Origin: Callorhinchus milii
Taxonomy: Eukaryota
Assembly: GCF_018977255.1 (NCBI RefSeq)
Contig: NW_024704742.1
Location: forward strand, 18,168,001 to 18,232,000
Reading direction: 5' to 3'
Length of the DNA: 64,000 bases
Positions 36,119-49,187 of the stretch are shown here, one piece after another; positions within the stretch are counted from its first letter, which is position 1, and each line of letters starts with the position of its first letter. A program made the position numbers and the translations under genes. A model generated the notes under the pieces. That model saw nothing but the letters and a program-made list of their open reading frames with translations, searched no databases and was not told the DNA's origin.

Positions 36119-36489
36119 TGGAGTCCTGTAGCTCAGTGGTTAAGCACTCGGCTCACAAGCGAGAGGACCAGGGTTTGATTCCCTGACAGGGCGAAACACT
36201 GGGCAAGTTTCCTTACTCCACACACCTCTGTTTACCTAGCAGTAAGTAGGAACCCAGTTGTCAGTTGATTGGCAGATTGCTTTCCCTTCAAAAAATAAAA
36301 ATAAATAAATAATAATAATTTGGTCGCTGAATCCACGGCTGTTTGTGGGACATTGGTGAGCAGTTGGCTGCCGCGTTTTGCCCACAAAATATGCAATCAA
36401 TTCATTTTACAGTATATTCTGTGAAGCGCTTTTGAGATGTCTCGAAGATGTGATAAGATGCTATATAAAATGAAAGGATTATTATTATT
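36119..36489 (+). mobile_element. tRNA-SINE, long form with CORE/Meta-like central segment
   Basis: A and B boxes; 'gggcaagtttccttactccacacacctctgtttacctagcagtaagtaggaacc'; shared tail. Confidence 0.88.
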
Positions 36490-39074
36490 TTCAGCAAATC
36501 AGCAACTTCCATTTATATAGTGCCATTCACATTAGAAGGAATCTCAAAGTACTTCACACAGCTGATGAAGTCCGAGTTGGGGGTGGTGGGGAGAGAAAGC
36601 CAAAAGCACAGTTGAAAAGATAGGTCTTACTCTTAATGCAGGATTTAAACGTTGGGAGGGCGTATCTATTACAAAGTATCTACTGCAGTTCTGTTTTTTT
36701 GGCTACATCAGTCTTCCTGTTAAGCAATCTGATTATTTCATTCCTAATGTACAAAATGTGTCTAATGATGAGATCCATCCGGGAAATAACATCTCTTAAA
36801 ACTGATTAATAGTGATGCAGTATTCGATTGATTCTAATTCCCTGATACTGACGCGTTGTGTTCAAGCACTGAATACTAGAACTAAGTATGGTTGCAAAAT
36901 GTTCCAAATACATGATAATTCTGTTGATATTTAGAACTTTGTTCAGTGTGCTCATTTAATATCACCCTCTTCCCAAACTTCCCCATTCATTCCCAATTTA
37001 AATGAACAGTACGCTTGCTGTACTGCCACTGTACCTTTCAATTTAGTCATGATGGAATTAGCCTTCCAATGTTATCTGAATGCCTGAAGTATCTGTTTGC
37101 TGTACCACATACTTGAGGAAAGTCCTTTCATTCTGGACTATGATGGAAATGCTATTTTGTTTACAGTACATATGCAAGAATTGGATGACATTGCAATGAT
37201 GATCATTCAAGTGTTATCAGTTATTTATGGCTGTACATCATGGACAGTATAGTGGCAAATTGATTTGCAACTGTTTATCTTTTAACTTCTCAGCCTTTAA
37301 TCTTTTTCCTGCAATGCCGGTCCACTTTCTTAAGTAAAACACTAGTTGTATCTTCTTATCTTCTTTTGTGTTTTTGATCATGTTTATGATCAAGCGCTGT
37401 GCATAAGTTGCAGCTTGTGAATTTGTATTCATTATGTTTCTATTGAAATGTCACATTGCAAAGAAGACTTCTACTGTATCTAAAATGTCCCCATTATTTG
37501 TAATTCAAGTTGTGGGAGGGAGAGTATATGCCATTAATGAACACGTTTAAAAATCTTGAAATGTATTCCAAGGGACTAGAATAAAACCGAGTGCATTGAA
37601 CAATTAACAGTATCAACGACACACTGAATAGGGTTTTGACACATTCATTTACAACTTGTCAAAGTCAATACAGCATGTAACCAGATATTTCTAACAAGGT
37701 GCCAATTCGTGCTCTCCCATCAATCTAGGCAGAAATCTTGCTCGGAAACACGTCAATCTAACATATGCAGTAAAATCTTTCATGGAAAAAGTCCGCTGGA
37801 TCCTGTGTTATTCAATGTTTGATCATACTCACTGCTTTTCAGCGGCAGTTAATTGAATTTTGAATGTTTTTAATTGACCATATTAAAAAGCATATGTGGA
37901 AAACTCGACCCAAGCGAATGCAATTTTGGAGAAGAAAATGTAATTCCTTGTTTCCACTTTAGTGCTGGAATTAATTTCAAATCATGTCACTTCCCTTGCA
38001 GTATAAATGAGAGCAACATATTCATGTGTTTCTTTTCACAATTGCTTTCAAAGTAAAACTCAGCTTTGATCTCTTCCGTATGATTTCTCATTTGTCTCAG
38101 ATATGGTTTCCCTTTTGTACGTATAATTTTAGAATTCTTAATACTGATTCTTGTACTTTAATATAGTTTACATAACAGTTTTCTTGGTTTTTGGTGTAAT
38201 ATGTCTAAAGAAGTGTCTGCATGCACGGTGTTTCTCAAATACCAGCTGAGAGTTATTAGCTAAAGTCTCTGAAAAACACAACCCAGCATTTCAGGTTAGG
38301 GAGTTCATTTAGTGTTTAATGTTGCCAAGATTGTTGAGCTGTAAATCCACAGAGGGGACAAGGTGGAGGAATTGCATGGAGTTCCATAGTTTCTGTGTTT
38401 GTGAGGTGGTGGTGTGTGGTGGGTGAGAGTGTATCATAGGAGATCACAGAACTATGATGGTGTAATTTTATGGAGGCATTTAAAGGTAAGGATGAGGATC
38501 TTAATCACCCAAAACTCTGTAATATTTTAAACGAACTGAAATAATTCATAAAACTCAGAATGAACGCGACAAAATTATGATTAAAGAGGAAAATGCAGTC
38601 ATTAAAATAAAAAGGTCAAGATGAAATCAAAATATTGAAAGAGGAAAAAATCACATAAAGCAAGAAAAGAGAAAGAGTGCAGCAAAGCAGGAGTGTGAAA
38701 CTAAAAGACGTCATTTTCATTGTACAGCAGCTGAAAAGATGGTTGATATAAAGTTTAAGGTCATCTGGAATTAATATTAGTTGGGGAGATATGTACTGAA
38801 GCCCAACAAAAAGGGGAAATCAGCCATGAAAGAGTTTGAAGCTCAATTCTTAGCATCCAAGCTCCAAAGAAAAAAAAGTATTGAAGTTTCCTCTGCAGTG
38901 ACTTGTTTTAAGTTGACTTGTTTTAAACTGTATCACATAGTTGGCATATTAGTACAATGTTGCCTGAAGGAACGTGATATTATGAAAATGTTAATTACAT
39001 ACTTCTGCTTTGTGATGATACCAAAATTTAAAGCTTGGGTAATATAATTTTCCAGGCCGTTACTCATTGAGATG

Positions 39075-39410
39075 TCAGGCTAGCTCAGTTGGTAGCACTC
39101 TCTCCTCTGAGACAGAAGAAGGTTGCAGGTTTCAAGTCACACGTCAGTACTTTGGGACTCATATTCTAGGCTGACGTTCCACTGCAGTGCAGGGGAAATG
39201 CTGCTTTGACAGAGGTGCCATTCTTTGGTTGAAACATTAAACTGAGATTGTATCTGCTTGTTCAGATGGATGTTAAAGACACAATGTCCTGGTCCACAAT
39301 CCCCAGATAAAATTGGCAGCCTGTTTTTGTGAGATTTGTGTATGGGTTTAGGCTGTCACATTCATACAAAAATGTTCTCGTGATCGATGTTATATCAAAT
39401 GAAAGCATAT
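39075..39410 (+). mobile_element. DeuSINE copy
   Basis: 'tagctcagttggtagcactctctcctctgagacagaag...gaggtgccattctttggttgaaacattaaactgag...ggatgttaaaga'. Confidence 0.75.
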
Positions 39411-40069
39411 TTTTTGTTTAAACACGATTCATTTTATGTTTATAAATTTATAATTTGTGGATGTATTGCAGCTTTTCAGTGTGATTTACTGAACTGTCAA
39501 TAATAATCCTTGATATAGGGCCTTTTCCATCAGGAGAGCAACTCAAAGGAAGACCAATTCTGCTCTGAAATTGTATGACATAAATATTGCATGCTCTAAC
39601 CATTTTATATTTATATATTTTCTATCACAGTTAACCTTGTGCCACTTCTGTGGACCACCGACTTTTCTTTTAATAGAAAGTTTGATTGGCTCATCTGCTG
39701 ATACAGAATACTAAACACCAGAGCACAGCACTATCCATACAAAGCACTGCAAAACAAGTGTCCAGATCCTGAGCTCACAATCCCAAATGTGTCACTTTGG
39801 TCCTTTGTACAATATTTTTGAAAAGGTATAAGAAGCAGCAACTATGTTTTCTGCCTCCAAGTCGTGAAAAACTGTAGAGAACAAAAAAACACTTTCCTCA
39901 TCTGTTCTCCAAGTCTGTCCAATTCACTCTTTGTCCTTTTTCTCACACTTTCGCCATTTTTGGAAACTCTTCCTAATCTGACTTCCTTGGCTGACAGAAG
40001 AGCCTTAAATTAGAGCCTCCGATCCTTTTCTGAATACTCTATTGCACATTAGTCTCCACTTTAACCTTA

Positions 40070-40450
40070 TGAATAACAATCTGCATATATATAGTGCTCT
40101 GCATATGTCTGGGAACGCTTAACAATGACGGAGCTTGACGCTGTTCTGGTAAGAAAGGGGAGATGACCATAGGCACGGTTGAAGAGTAAGATCTTGAATT
40201 ACCACCTGAAAATGGGAAAAGAGGGGGCAAGGTGGAGGGATTGAGGCATGGAGTTCCATACCTTCGAGGCATATTGGCTGAAAACATTGCTGCTGATGAT
40301 GGAGCGGAGGGGACAAGGGATGTGCAGAAGGCAGGAGCTTGATGAGAAAAGGACGGGTAATGAAGTATGGCTTGAGCAGGTTTGGGAGGTAGGGATATGC
40401 TAGGACATGAAGTGAATTGGAGATAAGCATGAGGATCTTGAAAACAATCT
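40070..40450 (-). mobile_element. Old L2 3' end
   Basis: Minus-strand 'FKILMLISNSLH.LAYPYLPNLLKPY' and L2-like 3'UTR. Confidence 0.65.
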
Positions 40451-41044
40451 TGAAATATTTATCCATCAAATGGACTCGTGCTGTATTTGCAAAACATGGG
40501 AACCACCGTGCATTTGCTACATTGCCATATAAATCTGTATGCAGTACAAATTCAAAGTTAAGCCAGAACAAATTGTGCTGGAGCCCTATTCTTGACATAA
40601 CCATAAGGAGGTGTCTTCAGGAGAAGTTTTATTCACGTTTGCAGACTGTAAAGACGGCAGGTGCAAATTGAATTGGGTTCCATTCTTCTATTTCTTCCAC
40701 AAAAGCTTCCAGAACTATGAGAAGCACATTTTATTTTGTGTTATCAAAGAACTGACAAGCTCTTTAATAACATTAAAAATCTAACACTCAACTTCAGAAG
40801 TTGAGTTATATATGCAAAGAGATGTGTAGGTGAATATTAGGGTTACTGAAGCCAGGATGCTGGACTAACTTAAAAACAAATACAGCTTGACGCTGAGATG
40901 AGAAGGCAGGAGGGTGAGTATTCTGAAAGGGTCAGATAACATGGGCCAAAGGACCATCATCCAAACCTGACTTGTGATCTCTTTTAATTATTTGTGAGGG
41001 ATGCACCATTCATTTTAAAATGCATAAAGCCTTGCATATCAAAG

Positions 41045-41240
41045 AATCATAGAATTATGCAGCACAGAAGGAGAAAATTCGGCCCATCCTGTCTGTGCCG
41101 GCTCTTTGAAAAGAACTATCCAATTCAATCCCACTCCCCCGCTCTCTCCCCATAACCCTTAAACTTGTCCTCCTCAAATAATTATCTACTTTTCTCTTAA
41201 AAGCTGTTATTGCATCAGCTCCCACCACCCTTTCAGGCAT
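41045..41240 (-). mobile_element. CR1 3' end, related to the CR1 fused to 7SK
   Basis: 'PERVVGADAITAFKRKVDNYL'; 3'UTR 'caaagagccggcacagacaggatgggccgaa...ccttctgtgctgcataattctatgattct'. Confidence 0.85.
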
Positions 41241-41593
41241 ACTTAGTGCTTATGTTAAAAAAAAAAATTCTTTCTGAGTTCAATTCGATTGCTGTACATG
41301 TAGAATTGAAAGGCCTATTTAGCAAAAATAATGACAGACTAAATTACTATAATAATCTTTAATTTATTCCGGGGGTTTCAATTTGGCATACTGTATACTC
41401 TTTGTTGATTTAGCAGGAAGTACTTTTGAAAATAAAACAGAAATAAATACTGTGGTTCATTCTAACTGACGGAGAATCCAGTTTAATTTTACAATGATAG
41501 ATTTTGCAGCATCTAAAAGTTCAGGCAGAATAACGATACTGTATATCAGATGGATTTAAAAGATTGGTTGGTAAGAACAACATGCACTTTCAT

Positions 41594-41909
41594 ATAATAA
41601 TAATAATAATCCTTGCATTTGATATAGCGCTTTTCACGTCTTCTCAATGTCTCAAAGTGCTTCACAGAATACACTGTAAAGTGAATTGACTGTATATTTG
41701 TGGGTGAAACGCGGCAGCCAATTGCACACAGCAGTGTCCCACAAACAGTCGTGGATTGAAATGACAATTTATTATTGTCTTGTTTTGCAGGGATTATCAG
41801 TAGGTGTGTGGAGTAAAGAAACTTGCCCAAGGTTTCACCCTGCCTGGAATTGAACCCAGGTGTCTCGCTTGCAAGACGAGTGCTCTAACCACTGAGCTAC
41901 AGGACTCCA
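41594..41909 (-). mobile_element. tRNA-SINE, short form
   Basis: Full-length reverse-complement copy. Confidence 0.9.
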
Positions 41910-42639
41910 ATATCCCTTATCCTATAAGATATATCACTTATCCTATAAGATAATGTCTCTAGCTAAACTCTAAACTTTTACAAAGTTTAAATCTCACAAT
42001 GGTTTGAGTTGATCACTGCTGTAAGGGCCATCATATCTCATGGTTCCTCCATTTACTTAATAAATAAACCCAGGCCTAAAGTGACAAAGTCAAAGTGACT
42101 TCAAAGTCGAAGTATTCCCTAAAAATGTCTTGGCATTCATGGGTGCTGACTATGTGACATTCTTTTTCCACCTACTATAAAAGCTGAAACATTTCCTAAA
42201 GAAAGAGAAGCACAACATTAATTATGTAAAAGGATATATAGGAGAACAGTCTATCATCTCTCAAGGTTTGTGCTCTCATGAAAAATATTACATTGTAAAA
42301 TATACAAGTAGGAAATCTACCCAATACACCCTTCATCCTTCATTTGGATCCGTCCTTTGGATACGTAGTTAAACCAAGTTCTCATCCGCCTGTTCAGGTG
42401 GATGTTAAAGATCCAATTGCACTATTCACTTACTCCATGGCTGTTTGTAAGACATTGCTGTGCGCAACTGGCTGTCGCATTTTGCCCAAAAATATACAGT
42501 CCACTTTACAAAATATCCTGTGAAGTGCTTTGAGACATCTCAATGATCAAATGCAAGGATTATTATTATATTATTATTATCTCCTGCGGAAGGAAAACAT
42601 TTATGTATTTGCTGTCTAGGCTGCCTGGTAAATTTACCA

Positions 42640-43930
42640 AATTTACTGAGGGAAAACGGGCGAGGCAGAGGGCTACATGGAGGTAGTTCCAAAGGGTGGT
42701 GTACTTGCTGAATGGATCAAGAGAAACATTGGGTAGAAGAGAATCATAGATAGGGGATTGCTAGGATTTATAGGTGAGAGTGAGGATCTTGAAATTGATC
42801 TGTTGGGAGACAGGGACACAATGAAGGCTGGTATATTAGAAATGGAGTTTGGTGTAGATGAGGATACAAATTGATGAGTTTAGAATAATCTGGAGTTCGT
42901 GGATGGTGGAACTAGGGATATGGGCAAGGAGTGCAGTAGAGAAGTCGAGTTAACAGGTGACAATGGTAAGAATGGTAAGAATTCCAGACAGGGCAAAACC
43001 TTGGGCAAGTTTCCTTACTCCACACACCTAATAATAATCCCTCCAAAACAAAACAATAATAAATTGGTCATTTTCAATCCACGACTGTTTGTGGGACACT
43101 GCTGTGCGCAATTGGCTGCCGCGTTCGCCCACAAATATACAGTCAATTCACTTTACAGTGTGTTCTGTGAAGCGCTTTGGGACGTCCTCCTGACGTGACA
43201 AGCGCTATATCAAATGCAAGGATTATTATTATTATTATTCTGTGAAGCGTTTTGAGATGTCGAGAAGACGTGAAAAGCGCTATATTAAATGCAAGGATTA
43301 TTATATTATTATAATGAGTGGGTTTTTTTTGCAGGGTATTGTGTGAGATAAGGGTGTAGGTGGGCAATGTGGAGAAGGTGAAAGAAAACGGTCTTGGTCA
43401 GAGATTGAATGTGAGGAAGGAAGGAAAGCAAACGATCGAACCAAACACCAAGGTTGCACACTGGTTTGGTGAATTTGAGAAAAAAAACAGGGAGGTTGAG
43501 AAAGCAATAATAATAACCCTTGCAAATTATTGCAAATTTGCAAAGCGCTTCACAGAGTATACTGTAAATTGAATTGCCTGGATTTTTGTGGGCGAAATGT
43601 GGTAGCCAATTGCGCATAGAAGTGTTCCACAAACAATCGTGGATTGAGTGCTCAATTTTTTTTAATATTTAATTTTTGAAGGAATTATTACCACTGGAAA
43701 AGCAATTTGCCAATCGACTAACAGCTGGGTTCCTACTTACTGCTAGATAAGCAGAGGCTGTGGAGTAAGGAAACTTGCCTAAGGTTTTGCCCTGCTGGGA
43801 ATTGAACCAAGAGAAGTCAGGGATGGAAGTGAGGAGACTTTGATAGGAGCTGAGTTGAAAGAAAATGAAGCTTATCCAGACCTTAATGTCTCAAAGGCAG
43901 GTAGACAGAACATCAGTGCACCTGGTAGTC
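42640..43930 (-). mobile_element. Old L2 interrupted by SINEs at 42980-43310 (+) and 43505-43810 (-)
   Basis: L2-like segments at 42640-42970, 43330-43500 ('KPVCNLGVWFD..LSFLPHIQSLTKTVFFHLLHIAHLHPYL') and 43810-43930. Confidence 0.65.
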
Positions 43931-43988
43931 AAGGATTCGAGTGGAAATGTAAGTGATCAAACATATTTTTAGAAAAACTATCCCTGAC

Positions 43989-44300
43989 ATAATAATAATC
44001 CTTGTATTTGATATAGTGCTTTTCACGTCTTCTGGACGTCTCAAAGCGCTTCACAGAATATACTGTAAAGTGAATTGACTGTATATTTGTGGGCGAAAGT
44101 GGCAGCCAATTGCACACAGCAATGTCCCACAAACAGTCGTGGATTGAAAATGATCAATTTATTATTGTTTTCTTTTTTGGAGGGATTATTGTCAGGTGTG
44201 CGGAGTAACGAAACTTGCCCAAGGTTTCGCCCTGTCTGGAACTGAACTCAGGTCTCTCGCTTGCAAGGCGAGTGCGCTAACCACTGAGCTACAGGACTCC
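43989..44300 (-). mobile_element. tRNA-SINE, short form
   Basis: Full-length reverse-complement copy. Confidence 0.9.
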
Positions 44301-45354
44301 ACTCTACATTGGTTGGAATCAGATATTTCATTTTCTTTATAGTCACCCTCTGTCATATGGTATGGGCCCAAATGATTAAGTTTCAATGACAATGGTTGCT
44401 CGTGATAATCAAAATGGGAAAATAATTGGACTGAAAATTGCAAGACGAAAAAAAATGGTAGAATGTGGCTTTTGACTTGTAGCATAAACTCAGGATTCTG
44501 AGGATTGAAAACCACATGAGCTACACTTCATTTTGTATTTTATCTCTGCAACACACTCTGCCTAGCTTTTATCCTGTACATGTTACACTGATAGCTGAAG
44601 AAGAAATTACATTTGCCAATTTTTCTTACAGTTATAATGGCAAGTACAGTTCCAGTTTATTACTTGTACATCCACTTAAGGTTTAGGGAAATATAGTTGC
44701 AGTTAAGATTTATTACAACCATTGTTAGTAGATTTAGAGTTCTGGTTAATTACATTTGCAGACTTTATTACATTTCCAGCTAATATTTGATTTCATAGAT
44801 GGACTATTAGTGCATTGTTCAGTTTCATGTTGTTTTATTGGACTGCAACTGGAAAATCTAATTTTGAATTACAGCAGAAAAATATTTCCTAAGAAATATA
44901 TACTTTCTTTTTCTGGATGGAATGCCTAAATATTTGGAAAAAAAAGTAGCTCATCTCTTATTATAATCCTTGAGTGTCCTAAAAGCAGTGTTTTCATTGT
45001 AACACTTCATTGTAACTCTTATCACAGCTTTGCAAAGTCACAAAAGCAAAACTGAGGAATCAATGAGAATCACAAACTAGACCATAAAGCTTAGAACTCT
45101 TTTAAGAATCATATGCTTTTTTAAACTTCAGTGTATGAATTAGCAAACTGTGCTTTCATCTCTGTGAACTGAGTTCATCTACAATCCAGGGTCATGGGAT
45201 GAAGTTCTTGTTAGGGCCTTCAATGAAATTAATTTGGTTGATCTCAAGTCATCTCTTACGGAATTCAAGATCTGCAGCTTGCTATAAAATGGCCAATTTC
45301 GCTCAGAGGTCAAATTAATGGTTGATATTGAAAGCACCAATATTCACAAGAATA

Positions 45355-45912
45355 TGTCGAGTACAGAAGAATTAGGGGAGATCTTATTGAAACATATACG
45401 ATTCTTAAAGGGCTGGATAAAGTGGACACTGAGGGTCTGTTTCCCCAGTAGGAGAATCTATAACCAGGGGTCACAATCCTAAAATTAAGGGTCAGCCTTT
45501 TAGAACAGAGTTGAAGAAACATTTCTTCACTCAGAGGATAGGGTAGTGAATTTATGGAATTCACTGCCCCAATAATAATAATCCCTCCAAAACAAAAAAC
45601 AATAATAAATTAGGTCATTTTCAATCCATGACTATTTGTGGGACACTGCTGTGCGCAATTGGCTGCCGCGTTCACCCACAATATACAGTCAATTCACTTT
45701 ACAGTGTGTTCTGTGAAGCGCTTTTGGGACGTCCTTCCGACGTGAAAAGCGCTATATCAAATGCAAGGATTATTATTATTATTATATGGGGATAGGGCAG
45801 GTAATTAGAGTTAGGTCTGAAGATCAGCCATGATCTTATCGAATGGCGGGGCAGGCTCGAGGGGCCGAATGGCCTTCTGCTGCTTTTAATTCTTATGTTT
45901 TTATGTTCTTAT
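45355..45912 (+). mobile_element. CR1 3' end (same family as 5890-6383) interrupted by a truncated SINE (45571-45785)
   Basis: Collinear with 5975-6383 on both sides of the SINE; (TTCTTATG)n tail. Confidence 0.85.
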
Positions 45913-46073
45913 GATAAGACATTTCTGAGGAAGAGCAGACTAAAAAGAATTTTAGTCTGTAACTTCTGTGCTCCAACACAGGCAAATTTTGAGTAATATT
46001 GGATGCCAAAAGATTGGATCTCAGCTGAAGTGTGAATAAGGAGGTCTAAGTTAAGTCCTTAGTAGTGTTAATC

Positions 46074-46381
46074 AATAATAATAATCCTTGCATTTGATAT
46101 AGCGCTTTTCACATTTTCTAGATATCTCAAAGCGCTTCACAGAATGTACATTTGACTATATATCTGTCAGCAAAACGTGGCAGCCAATTGCGCACAGCAG
46201 TGTCCCACAAACAGTTGTGGATTGAGTGACCAAATTATTATTTTTTTAAAATTTACTTATTGCTTGGTAAACAGAGGCATGTGGAGTAAGGAAACTTGCC
46301 CAATATTTCTCCCACCTGGAATTTAACCCAGGCTTCTCGCTTGCGAGCCAAGTTCTCTAGCCACTGAGCTACAGGACTTCA
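46074..46381 (-). mobile_element. tRNA-SINE (part of the long-form segment retained)
   Basis: Reverse-complement copy containing 'ggtaaacagaggcatgtggagtaaggaaacttgccc'. Confidence 0.85.
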
Positions 46382-47202
46382 CAAAGGGTGAGATATAGAT
46401 CAAAGGGTAAGATGTAAATAAAGGATGCCTATTTGGCACTAGTATCCAGCAAGTAAGCTGCTGGGTGAAAAGGCAATTTCATAATGACTTATTCATTTAA
46501 AGAAGTCTCGCTGCCCTGCATTCATCACTTCCTCAATGATGGACATATTTAATTTAGTGACATGTTGGATAATTTTGGAATAATACTGTAGTATTGACCT
46601 GCATACCTGGATTGGTGACTAGTCATTTCTTATAGGGGTTACCACCAAGTAATGTCCACATAAAAATAGATAGACATAACCTGGATCTGAAAGATGACAC
46701 TTCCATCAATACAGCACTATTACAATAATGCATTAAAATGCCAATCTCATAGCCTGTGCACTGAAGTCCTGATGTGGGCTTGAACCCCACAACCTTCTTA
46801 ACCACAGGTGAAACTGCTAATAAATCAGCCAATCTGAACTATGGAACCTTGTGTCCACATTATACTATCCTCACAACTGAATCAATCTGAGCTATGTCTG
46901 GGATCATGATACATTTCACATCTATCACAACCAGAAATGAGTTGTAGTTTCTCAAAATATATTTTTCATTCACAAATAATTTGCATTGGAACTCTTCACG
47001 CTTCTCATGTATAACACAATCCATTACTTTATCTGATCTAATAATATTGAACACATATCTTGCAGAATTTTGCTTGATATTCTTCATGATTGATTCTCAC
47101 ATAATGTGGAATGACTGGAGATTTTGGAACATGCTTTTGCTTGTTCAAATGAATCGTCTGACTGATGCATGATTTTGTATTCGTAGATTGCAATATATTC
47201 AA

Positions 47203-47269
47203 CATTTTGAATATTTATACATTCAACTTACCAGAGAATGGGAAGTTGAATGTATAAATATTCAAAATG
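47203..47269. repeat. Perfect 27-bp inverted repeat with 13-nt spacer
   Basis: CATTTTGAATATTTATACATTCAACTT (47203-47229) and AAGTTGAATGTATAAATATTCAAAATG (47243-47269). Confidence 0.95.
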
Positions 47270-48871
47270 GTGTTACTGAGACAGCCATAGAGAATTAACT
47301 CAGTTTTAACAAGCAAACCAAGCAGATAACAGAGGACATAACAGATCACTCCCTATGAGTTTCCGAGTGAGCAACACAGCTCAGCAATGAAATGTATGTA
47401 AGCATTGCCACCATCCTCCTACCTACAACTTGGACAAATATCTCTTCCCATTGACAGATGGTTTCACTAGTTGGAGGTGCAGAACCTGTATGTTTGACAT
47501 CCAATTCTATGCATCATCCAGCAGGAATCACTGGATAACAACCAAGAGAGGAAACCTTGAATGATTTTCAGCTCTCACTGGGGCGCTGAAATAATTGTCA
47601 TCTCCTTACTTTCACCATGGCTGAGCATCTATGTCACCACAGAGCAATATACACCTGACTGCTCACTGGATAAACTTGATCAGGCTTTGTGTGAGGTTGT
47701 AAAAAAATAGTTTTAAAAAAGCATAGACATTGTGGATAAATGCTAGAACATTTTAGTCATGATTTGGAGATCAACATTGTTAAAGTTTTCAGAAATTATG
47801 TCACTAGAGGTATGTAGCAAAAACAAGGGGAAATATTTCCCGGGCCCTGACATAGGCAAGAAGCTTAATTAACTCAGTTTCACATACAAAAGGAATTGTC
47901 AGTGTCTGAGTAACGACGGGATCACAGCAAAGCTGGCCTCAATGGAGCTCTCAGTTTTCATTCAGTCAATTACCGACAATAACAAGAAATGACTCGAAGA
48001 AGCAGTGAATCGGGTTGAACCAGCAAAATCTCAATTTATGGTACAGAAAGATGTCTGATTTGCCTGTGAGATCCCTGTGAAATCAGATAACATCTGCGAA
48101 TGCACAGATTATATTTATTTTTTTCCAAATTGTACCACAGGAAGAACAACATCATATTAACTCATATAATGCATACTTTGATTATGGAGGAAGTAGAAGA
48201 TAATTTGTAAATTTGAAACCTGAGATGTCTCTTCTCATTTCTAAGTCACAAAGCAGTATCTATTTTTCTTTAATGATATTTAAAAACTAATTCTGACACT
48301 TCCGGAACACAGTGCATCAAAACAAATACTTCTGGCACTCAGTTCATGATTATAATTTGAATGTTATTTATAAGATAACCAAAACTGTCAAATAAAACTA
48401 AAATCAAATCTAAATACTTATTAACAATTCATGATTATTATGACTCAAGCCTGAAGAACTGTTGCAGGTTTCTGAGAATATGCATGGTGAAAACCCATAG
48501 AATCTATATTCAGTTATACTGTACTGTTTTCGTGCAGAATTAAATTTCTTTAAAATTCACTTTGTTCCCAAAAATACTGTGCAGAGAACTTGCTTTTTTA
48601 CAGTGGTGGATTAATGTTTTGATTATAGATAATTGCACAAATGTAACCTTCACTTCAAAATTGCCTCCATGTATCAGCTGATGAAGCTTGTCCACACATC
48701 ACATATTTATTAAAAATGTAATAGTTCAGAATTTTACATCCGAATCTAGCTCAGACAGATGAGATTGACATATTTTCTCTCTGAAGACTATAAATTTCTA
48801 AGTGAAATGAAGTTTGAGTAAAGCTTTGGCATACCAGACAGTGTGGTGTAATGGAAATCCATTGGTGTAAT

Positions 48872-49187
48872 GGAGTCCCATAGCATATTGGTTAGAGCAC
48901 TCACCTCGCAACCAAGAGGACCTGGGTTCAATTCCTGGGTGGGGCAAAACATTAGGCAAGTTTTCTTTCTCCACACGCCTCTGTTTACCTATGAATAAGT
49001 AGGAACCCGGTTGCTGGTCGATTGGTGGATCGCTGTTTGTGGGAAACTGCTGGGCGCAATTGGCTGCTGCCTTTCGCCCACAAAATGTACAATCAATTCA
49101 ATTTACAGTATATTCTGTGAAGCGCATTGAGCTGTCAGGATGACGTGATAAGACGCTATACCAAAAGCAAGGATTATTATTATTATT
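48872..49187 (+). mobile_element. tRNA-SINE, long form with internal deletion
   Basis: Head, 'cctctgtttacctatgaataagtaggaacccgg', then the shared tail. Confidence 0.85.

Noticed and set aside
41917..41952. Duplicated 'cttatcctataagata' beside a SINE head
   Set aside because: Both copies are on the same side of the SINE, so this is a local tandem duplication and not a TSD.
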